A stretch of DNA of 17,975 bases from Flavobacteriales bacterium (lineage in GTDB: Bacteria > Bacteroidota > Bacteroidia > Flavobacteriales_D > CAJJDF01): positions 1-17,975 of the forward strand of contig JBMYYT010000022.1 of NCBI GenBank assembly GCA_049609665.1. Direction: 5' to 3'. The first letter of the stretch is position 1; each line of letters begins with the position of its first letter. This document shows positions 12,969 to 17,975 of the stretch, in pieces. The notes below the pieces were generated by a model. The model made no database searches. It was not told the origin of the DNA and saw only the letters and a list, made by a program, of their open reading frames with translations. A program made the position numbers and the translations under genes.

Positions 12969-14021
12969 TTATTTATAAAACTCAATCCTAATCTCCCTCA
13001 TAACAGTTTCAATATATTCCTTATCAGGCTCTTCAGGCAGTCTTGATTCAGAAAACAAAGTACTTAACTCATTCTTTTTAGACTCAGCCAACTCAACCAA
13101 TTCTTCGTATTCAAAATTTCCTTTTTTTACTGATAATAAATACTCTCTGTCAGCTCGCCTTACATTCAAAGTTCCTTCTGTTGCTATTTCTTCTGCCATT
13201 TTTAATAGACGAATAGTATGCATCATGTTTTTAGAATCATAATTTTTACCATGCTGAACATTACTTGCGTATCTCTCTTCATTTCTTTTTTTAGTCCATT
13301 CCCAGTATTCTTTATATTGCTTGCAATAAGTAGAATAGCTTTCCATGTGAAAAGTTAATATTGCTATGGGTTCTTCTTCTTTGGGTACGGAACTTAATGC
13401 GATGTCATTTGATTTCTCATTTTTCACTATTCCTTTATAGGGGATTGTAGGATTACGATATAGGCTAAAACAGTTCTTGAAATTAGTAATTTTCACTAAT
13501 CCACATTCGTTCTGATTTATTTCTTTACCTTTTAAAAAGGAATTCAAAGATTGAGTTTTTTTGCCAGAGTAAACAAAACAAAAATCAAGTACTCCTTTTC
13601 GTATTTCGGATATTGGATTGACAATTTTCTTGTTCAATCCTCGAGCTTTTTTTATTTGTGCGAAAGCATAATTTGCGAATGATTTTTCACATTTTTTGGA
13701 TAAAAAATCAGAAAGTTGAAACCGATCAAACAAAGGATGTTTGAACAATATGGAGTCTTCGGGCATACTTAACAATTCAAGTATGTTTGGATTGTTTTTG
13801 AGCGCTAATTCTACAAATTTGTTTAGTTCATAATAAACCACATCGTTTTTCTCATCGTTTATTTGAGAGGTATATTCCAATGAATAGTATTTTGCTCTTG
13901 GCAAGATGAAAACTCCTTTTATATCTGTATCCGAGTGTTCGTTATCCAAACCATATGCTTTGCTGCCACATATGGTTTTGAATAATATACAGTTTGATTT
14001 TTCTAATTCTTCTAAAGTCAT
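12969..14021 (-). CDS. Pol-beta-superfamily nucleotidyltransferase (minimal NTase fold), paralog 1; resembles the RNA-ligase-associated RlaP-type NTases
   Basis: The N-terminal motif ICGSKAYGLDNEHSDTDIKGVFILP is a G-S-x-A-x-G...D-x-D NTase signature. The ATGA overlap with the upstream gene indicates translational coupling. The ~250-aa C-terminal region is alpha-rich. Confidence 0.6.
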   Translation of the reverse strand: MTLEELEKSNCILFKTICGSKAYGLDNEHSDTDIKGVFILPRAKYYSLEYTSQINDEKNDVVYYELNKFVELALKNNPNILELLSMPEDSILFKHPLFDRFQLSDFLSKKCEKSFANYAFAQIKKARGLNKKIVNPISEIRKGVLDFCFVYSGKKTQSLNSFLKGKEINQNECGLVKITNFKNCFSLYRNPTIPYKGIVKNEKSNDIALSSVPKEEEPIAILTFHMESYSTYCKQYKEYWEWTKKRNEERYASNVQHGKNYDSKNMMHTIRLLKMAEEIATEGTLNVRRADREYLLSVKKGNFEYEELVELAESKKNELSTLFSESRLPEEPDKEYIETVMREIRIEFYK

Positions 14022-14767
14022 TGTTGAGTGTATTTTACGAAGAATGAATTGAAATCTTCTTGGTTAAATTTGTTATGTAAAACGGAATCTCGTTCAGCTT
14101 CATTTTTCTCGATTACTTTTTCCAAAGTTCTATAAAGCGAAGCATCCATCAAATAAAGAAAATCCTCGTTTTTAGATTCCTTCAATTTTATTAAATCTAC
14201 TATTTTTTCCTTAGTTTCTTCAGAAACTAATTCTAACAATTCATAAAATAAGACAGGTGGTATTGTGCCTTTTTCTCTTGCCCAAGTTGCCGCTAATGCT
14301 GTTCTCATGGCATAGAATAGGCTTTTCAATTTTACTTTGTCTTTTGGGTCAAATTCCAAGAATCGTTTACTCATGCTATGAAAATGAAAGAAAGTTGAAA
14401 CTGGATTGTTATTCTCTTTTGCCAATCGTTGTATATCTTTTAAAAACAACTCATCCCCAAAATAAACCATAGGGGAGTACAGCCACCCCAAAAGTGAGGC
14501 GTTTGATTTTGCTAACAATCTCAATGCTTTTCGCAAATCCCAACCCGATCCATCCAGCAAATCGCTGGTCATAAACTGGATAGTGTCCCTTTTCTCCCAA
14601 AGGTTTAAATACCATGCTGCGTTATGAACGTATATAAATCGCACATCATAATCAGAATCTGGAGATGGAAATCCCCAAGCTCTGCTTCCTGATTCACAAG
14701 CAAATAGTATTTTTATATTCTTTTCAGCTTCTATTTCTTTAAGCTTAGTTATTATTCTTGTTTTCAT
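14018..14767 (-). CDS. Pol-beta-superfamily nucleotidyltransferase, paralog 2 (RlaP-like)
   Basis: Motif LFACESGSRAWGFPSPDSDYDVRFIYV is G-S-x-A-x-G...D-x-D. The start is taken as the ATG at 14765-14767 (MKTRIITKLKE...) with an A-rich context. The longer listed ORF to 14824 would run through a tRNA-like hairpin. Confidence 0.6.
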   Translation of the reverse strand: MKTRIITKLKEIEAEKNIKILFACESGSRAWGFPSPDSDYDVRFIYVHNAAWYLNLWEKRDTIQFMTSDLLDGSGWDLRKALRLLAKSNASLLGWLYSPMVYFGDELFLKDIQRLAKENNNPVSTFFHFHSMSKRFLEFDPKDKVKLKSLFYAMRTALAATWAREKGTIPPVLFYELLELVSEETKEKIVDLIKLKESKNEDFLYLMDASLYRTLEKVIEKNEAERDSVLHNKFNQEDFNSFFVKYTQQ

Positions 14768-14781
14768 GATTTTAGTATTGT

Positions 14782-14821
14782 ACCTCCTGCCAGATTCGAA
14801 CTGGCACTCCGCAATATGCGG
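14782..14821 (-). ncRNA. tRNA 3'-end-like element (T-arm GCCAG-UUCGAAU-CUGGC plus 7 nt) in the leader of the NTase operon; the 7 nt read AGGAGGU (SD-like)
   Basis: Plus-strand 14782-14805 is ACCTCCT-GCCAG-ATTCGAA-CTGGC, a perfect 5-bp stem with the canonical T-loop. No pairing acceptor strand, D-arm or anticodon arm follows. An adjacent small hairpin CCGCA-ata-TGCGG lies at 14809-14821. Confidence 0.35.
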
Positions 14822-15102
14822 CAAATTGGCTCTAAATGCGCTTCCCTACTTTTATACTTGTTAATTTCGGTGCTTCTGCAAATTCTATTCATTAGTGAGC
14901 GTATCTCTAACAACTTCATCCAATCACTCCATGGTTTCGTTAATGGCTTTTATATTATTCTGATTTTTTTTTGTCTAATTAATTATTATATAATGCCGAA
15001 ATAGTATGAAAATAGTCCAATTTGATTGGACTATATTGAATACATCATCGGTATTACCACAGCTCTTCCCTTTAAGCTAAGGAGGTATTTTTCGGTATTA
15101 AT

Positions 15103-15666
15103 TTATCTATTACTTTTTTCAAATTGTGGTTTCCAATTTTTTGTTTTCATTATTGCTTTCACTTCTTCGTAGGACAAAGGGTAATAATCATGACAATCCA
15201 CTCCAATATCAAAAGATAAGGAAGTTGGGTCATCTGCTAAACTTCCATGGGAATGCCCGTATAAATGATAAGATCCCCAATGCGATGCATTCCATTCTCG
15301 AATTGAATAATGAAAAAGTACAATAAGTTGTTCTCCTCTTTCAAATTCTTCATCTTTTATAATTAACTCATGATAGTCCTTAATCCATTCGAATCTGGAT
15401 TGACAAGCTTGAGCAGATTTTTCATGGTTTCCATTTATAAGGTAAATCTTTCCATTTAATCTATCAAGAATTTTCCTTAGTTTGCCAGATGACATAAGAC
15501 CTACGTCACCTAAGTGATAGACTTCATCTTCTGGTTTTACTTTTTCGTTCCATTTTTGGATTAATACTTCGTCCATTTCTTCTGCGCTCTCAAAAGGGCG
15601 ATTAGTAAATTTAATTATGTTTTTGTGTCCGAAATGATGATCGGATGTAAAATATATGTTGTTCAT
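15103..15666 (-). CDS. Calcineurin-like metallophosphoesterase; candidate RNA-end phosphoesterase (2',3'-cyclic phosphate or 3'-phosphate processing)
   Basis: Metallophosphoesterase motifs in order: YFTSDHHFGH (motif I, D-x-H), HLGDVG (motif II, GD), LINGNHE (motif III, GNH[DE]), then later His-containing motifs (LFHYS..., YGHSHG). 187 aa. Confidence 0.75.
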   Translation of the reverse strand: MNNIYFTSDHHFGHKNIIKFTNRPFESAEEMDEVLIQKWNEKVKPEDEVYHLGDVGLMSSGKLRKILDRLNGKIYLINGNHEKSAQACQSRFEWIKDYHELIIKDEEFERGEQLIVLFHYSIREWNASHWGSYHLYGHSHGSLADDPTSLSFDIGVDCHDYYPLSYEEVKAIMKTKNWKPQFEKSNR

Positions 15667-15739
15667 TTTTTTCGTTTTTAATTTGTTAGTTCAAAACTAC
15701 TCTCCAAGCACGCAATTATTTTGCGCACTTGGAAGATAG

Positions 15740-16303
15740 TTATTTTCTTTTCCAGAACCACTTCTTTTTTTTAGGCTCTGGATCAGGTGCTTCCACCTTT
15801 TTTTTCTTGTTTTTAGGTTTCTTTTTCTTTGGCATTTTCGATTTTATTCTTTTCTTGAATTCATTCAAATACTCCATAAAACCATCGTTGTAGGCATACT
15901 TTTTAGCCACTTTGATTACTTCAAGTGCTTCTTTGTACTTTCCTTCACACTCAAGTAAGGATACTTTTCGAGCGTATATTACTGCCTTGTCAGATGCTTT
16001 TACTGTTAAGGCAAACTCAATTAATGTATGAGCTTTCGCGTAATCTTCATTCCAAATAAGCGCAAACAAGTAATGTGGGTATACAAAAAATGCATTCACA
16101 TCTTCTTCTAAAGCTTCTTGGTAATAGCCAATGGCTGCATCATAATTTGAGTAAGTATCGGCTTCAATTCTTCCCATCAAACACAACCCATGAGGGTTTT
16201 TTGGCTCATAGGATAATGCATAATTCAAAGATTCCACTGCTTCTTCCAGGTTATATGGATAATTATCTAATGCCTTTATTAAATATTGATTTCCTGTGTT
16301 CAT
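15740..16303 (-). CDS. TPR-like helical-repeat protein with a C-terminal poly-lysine tail
   Basis: Alpha-helical repeats with a TPR flavour (YNLEEAVESLNYALSYEPKNPHGLCLMGRIEADTYSNYDAAIGYYQEALE..., KYKEALEVIKVAKKYAYNDGFMEYL). The C-terminus reads KSKMPKKKKPKNKKKKVEAPDPEPKKKKWFWKRK. The ATG at 16301-16303 (MNTGNQ...) with an A-rich context is preferred over the listed start at 16372. Confidence 0.5.
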   Translation of the reverse strand: MNTGNQYLIKALDNYPYNLEEAVESLNYALSYEPKNPHGLCLMGRIEADTYSNYDAAIGYYQEALEEDVNAFFVYPHYLFALIWNEDYAKAHTLIEFALTVKASDKAVIYARKVSLLECEGKYKEALEVIKVAKKYAYNDGFMEYLNEFKKRIKSKMPKKKKPKNKKKKVEAPDPEPKKKKWFWKRK

Positions 16304-16480
16304 TTTGTTTTGTTTTTTTAAATGGAGAGGAGTAAATTCTCGTGAAATATGGTTTGTGAGATTCTGAATCAAGTTTAGAATGACTGATGAAAGATAGACC
16401 TCTTAATCTCGTCCCAAATTTTCAAAAAGAAGATTTTTTGGTTGTGATAATAGTATATCAAGTGATTTTTCGTTTTTTTC

Positions 16481-16510
16481 TAACATCTAACATCTAACAT
16501 CTAACATCTA
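16481..16510. repeat. Tandem heptanucleotide repeat (TAACATC) x4.3, overlapping the prfH stop codon and 3' flank
   Basis: The plus strand reads taacatc-taacatc-taacatc-taacatc-ta. On the minus strand this is (GATGTTA)n. The prfH stop TAG and its last two codons lie inside the array. Confidence 0.8.
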
Positions 16511-17193
16511 TTTTCTCTCCTCCATTCTTGTTCATTCGTTTTTCGTTTTGTTCTGTATTTTTTCGGTTTTTTATCCAGTTTAAAATCCTTTGACTTAAAA
16601 ACCTTTACTGGATTTCCTCTTTGTAAATTCAGGTGATTGTTCCACACTCCTTCTTCATTGGTTTTGATTAATGAGAGTTGATGTTCGTTCCAAGCTTTTT
16701 CTAACCTTATTTTGGCCAATTTTTTATTTTGAACTTGAGATCTTGTGTCTATCACTTTCACACTAATTCCAGTAGGTAGGTGAGTGGCTCTAATTGCCGA
16801 ACTTACTTTATTCACATGTTGTCCTCCAGGACCAGAACTTCGTGTTGCTTCATAGCGTATGTCTTTTTGATTCAATGCTTTAATACTGCTTTGTTCAATT
16901 TCGAATACTCCTACAAACCAGTTTTTTCGTTTATGGTATTTTCTAAAAGTAGATGTTCCTATCCATTGAATGGTTCCAATCCAATCATTTCCAAGCCCCT
17001 TGTTTTTTGTTGTATCTATCCACAACGAAGCCGAGTATAAATTGCCATTGATATTACTGGGTTCTCGAGTTATTATCTCATGATAACAGTCAGCTGCTTT
17101 ACACTCTTTTATGAGTTTTTTAAGCACTTGACTCACCACGAAACAACATTCTTCAGGCCCTCGTCCAGAGGTTATTTGTATGTATTTTTTCAT
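16501..17193 (-). CDS. prfH: Peptide chain release factor H (PrfH; RF-like with GGQ, lacking a codon-recognition domain) with a basic C-terminal extension
   Basis: N-terminus MKKYIQITSGRGPEECCFVVSQVLKKLIKE matches the PrfH N-terminus as recalled from E. coli, which includes GPEECC. GGQ motif is present in RSSGPGGQHVNKVSSAIRATHLPTGI. It lies directly downstream of rtcB, the known rtcB-prfH arrangement. The tail is ...KKPKKYRTKRKTNEQEWRRENRC. Confidence 0.85.
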   Translation of the reverse strand: MKKYIQITSGRGPEECCFVVSQVLKKLIKECKAADCYHEIITREPSNINGNLYSASLWIDTTKNKGLGNDWIGTIQWIGTSTFRKYHKRKNWFVGVFEIEQSSIKALNQKDIRYEATRSSGPGGQHVNKVSSAIRATHLPTGISVKVIDTRSQVQNKKLAKIRLEKAWNEHQLSLIKTNEEGVWNNHLNLQRGNPVKVFKSKDFKLDKKPKKYRTKRKTNEQEWRRENRC

Positions 17194-17209
17194 TTTGTTT
17201 TTTCTATTT

Positions 17210-17331
17210 GTTCTCGATACTATTCATAAAACTCTCGTTTTCTGAATCACTCGAACTGACAACAATGTTTTTAACTGTCAGTTAGAGTGGTTTTTAGCAC
17301 ACGATAGTGTGATAAAAATTGTATCGAGAAC
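17210..17331. repeat. Perfect 11-bp inverted repeat (GTTCTCGATAC ... GTATCGAGAAC) bracketing ~100 bp of the rtcB-prfH intergenic region; each arm is followed by TATTCAT
   Basis: 17210-17220 is the reverse complement of 17321-17331. TATTCAT occurs at 17221-17227 and at 17333-17339. An internal 6-bp hairpin ACTGAC...GTCAGT is also present. Confidence 0.7.
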
Positions 17332-17338
17332 CTATTCA

Positions 17339-17975
17339 TTAATAATTCATTCTCACTATTTTAGGAGTAAAACTTCCAATAATATCCACCAACTCCGATT
17401 GGTTCCCCATAACTTTTTTTATGTCTTTGTAAGCCATTGGGGCTTCGTCAATTCCACCTCCAATTAGTGTTACTTCCTTTTCTTTTAGTTCTTTATTCAT
17501 TTCTGTTTGAGTAAAATTTTGTTTGCATTTACTTCTGGAAAACTCTCTTCCTGCTCCATGTGAAGCAGAGTTCAAGCTAAACTGGTTTCCTTTTCCTCTC
17601 ACAATAAAACCTGGCGCTGTCATTGAACCGGGAATAATCCCAAGTTCTCCTTTTGCTGCTGGAGTTGCTCCTTTTCTGTGGACTATACATTCCTCTCCAT
17701 TCACTTTTTGTTTCCAAGCAAAGTTGTGGTGGTTGTCAATTTTTGCTACCGCTCTTGTTCCTAATTGCTTAGAAATTCTGTCGTGAATATTGTCATGACA
17801 GGCTTTTGCATAATCTCCAGCTAAGTTCATAGCCAACCAGTATTCCATTCCATCGTGAGTGGTTGTGTCCAGCCAAGCCAGATGTTGCACTTGCTTTGGT
17901 AATGGGCATTGTTTTTCTGCCAATCGAGAATAATGCATCGCGATATTTGCTCCCAATCCTCGTGATCCACTGTGA
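17339..17975 (-). CDS. rtcB: RNA-splicing ligase RtcB (3'-phosphate/5'-hydroxyl ligase), C-terminal ~210 aa; the N-terminus lies beyond the window edge
   Basis: The frame stays open to base 17975. Upstream of the listed TTG it reads ...HSGSRGLGANIAM..., a conserved RtcB motif. Downstream motifs include KIDNHHNFAW, GIIPGSMTAPGFIV and NSASHGAGREFSR, the RtcB active-site His region. Confidence 0.85.
   Translation of the reverse strand, partial: HSGSRGLGANIAMHYSRLAEKQCPLPKQVQHLAWLDTTTHDGMEYWLAMNLAGDYAKACHDNIHDRISKQLGTRAVAKIDNHHNFAWKQKVNGEECIVHRKGATPAAKGELGIIPGSMTAPGFIVRGKGNQFSLNSASHGAGREFSRSKCKQNFTQTEMNKELKEKEVTLIGGGIDEAPMAYKDIKKVMGNQSELVDIIGSFTPKIVRMNY

Noticed and set aside
14768-14824. N-terminal extension of the 268-aa ORF (MPHIAECQFESGRRYNTKI...) as the real start of NTase 2
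   Set aside because: It would be translated through a stable T-arm-like hairpin and the AGGAGGT element. The internal ATG at 14765-14767 has the A-rich upstream context seen at the other starts in this window, and it begins right before the conserved NTase motif.
10260-14830. Genomic islet integrated into a tRNA gene, with the tRNA array on one side and a tRNA 3' fragment at 14782-14805 on the other as attL/attR
   Set aside because: No integrase, recombinase or excisionase lies in between. The 14782-14805 fragment (ACCTCCT acceptor) matches none of the array tRNAs' 3' ends. All the genes in between fit one functional theme. I kept the idea as a minor alternative in a finding but did not annotate it as a mobile element.
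15690-15735. Imperfect inverted repeat CCAAGCACGCAA...TTGCGCACTTGG between the TPR gene and the phosphoesterase gene, as a terminator or attenuator
   Set aside because: The stem has two internal mismatches and no following U-run on the minus strand. The two genes are probably co-transcribed. I noted it only as a possible weak RNA hairpin.
16304-16372. Longer start of the TPR-like ORF (MIQNLTNHISREFTPLHLKKQNK...)
   Set aside because: The internal ATG at 16301-16303 is preceded by taaaaaaacaaaacaaa, a typical Bacteroidetes start context. The upstream extension has no such context and may overlap the promoter. I kept it as an alternative.

Overview
The sequence looks like a Bacteroidetes chromosomal segment, probably Flavobacteriia-like. 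Evidence: a T9SS C-terminal sorting domain, A-rich translation-start contexts with no SD, and beta-barrel outer-membrane proteins ending in Phe.

Bases 1-6.8 kb hold ordinary envelope and housekeeping genes:
- the 3' end of a T9SS-secreted SprB-repeat adhesin
- an outer-membrane beta-barrel protein
- a PiT-type phosphate transporter
- a LemA gene with its partner membrane protein
- a class-C-type serine hydrolase
- a membrane-anchored MepA-like (M74) murein endopeptidase homolog

Bases 6.9-18 kb are a single minus-strand RNA-repair neighbourhood. In transcription order it contains:
- rtcB, partial, running off the window edge
- prfH (release factor H, GGQ motif)
- a TPR-like protein with a poly-lysine tail
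- a calcineurin-like metallophosphoesterase
- a tRNA 3'-end-like hairpin plus AGGAGGT
- two translationally coupled Pol-beta-type nucleotidyltransferases
- a protein made of two tandem ~170-aa repeats
- a terminator
- a small ATP-grasp enzyme
- a terminator
- a 2.2-kb array of about 17 tRNA and tRNA-like genes
- an SPFH/band-7 gene with its own terminator

The tRNA array is the most unusual part.
- It mixes canonical-looking tRNAs (Cys-GCA, Glu-UUC, Tyr-GUA, Ser-GCU) with non-canonical ones: A1:U72 or U1:A72 ends, short-variable-arm Leu-like anticodons UAG and UAA, a Glu paralog with anticodon UAU, and extra linker nucleotides.
- It also holds truncated and scrambled tRNA pieces.
- At least three otherwise complete tRNA-like genes (Phe-GAA, Gln-UUG, Ile-GAU) carry a conserved near-palindromic module, core CCTGAGC...GTCGAAGGG, inserted at the same T-loop position. 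Two further copies of the module are present.
- None of the tRNA genes encodes CCA.

This gene set fits the RNA-repair syntax proposed by comparative genomics. I recall that as Burroughs & Aravind 2016 (NAR), but I cannot verify the citation here. That syntax combines RtcB or ATP-grasp ligases, RlaP-type nucleotidyltransferases, end-modifying phosphoesterases, and SPFH/band-7 scaffolds with a cognate tRNA-like RNA. The size and non-canonical content of the array, and the T-loop module, do not look like something already characterised.
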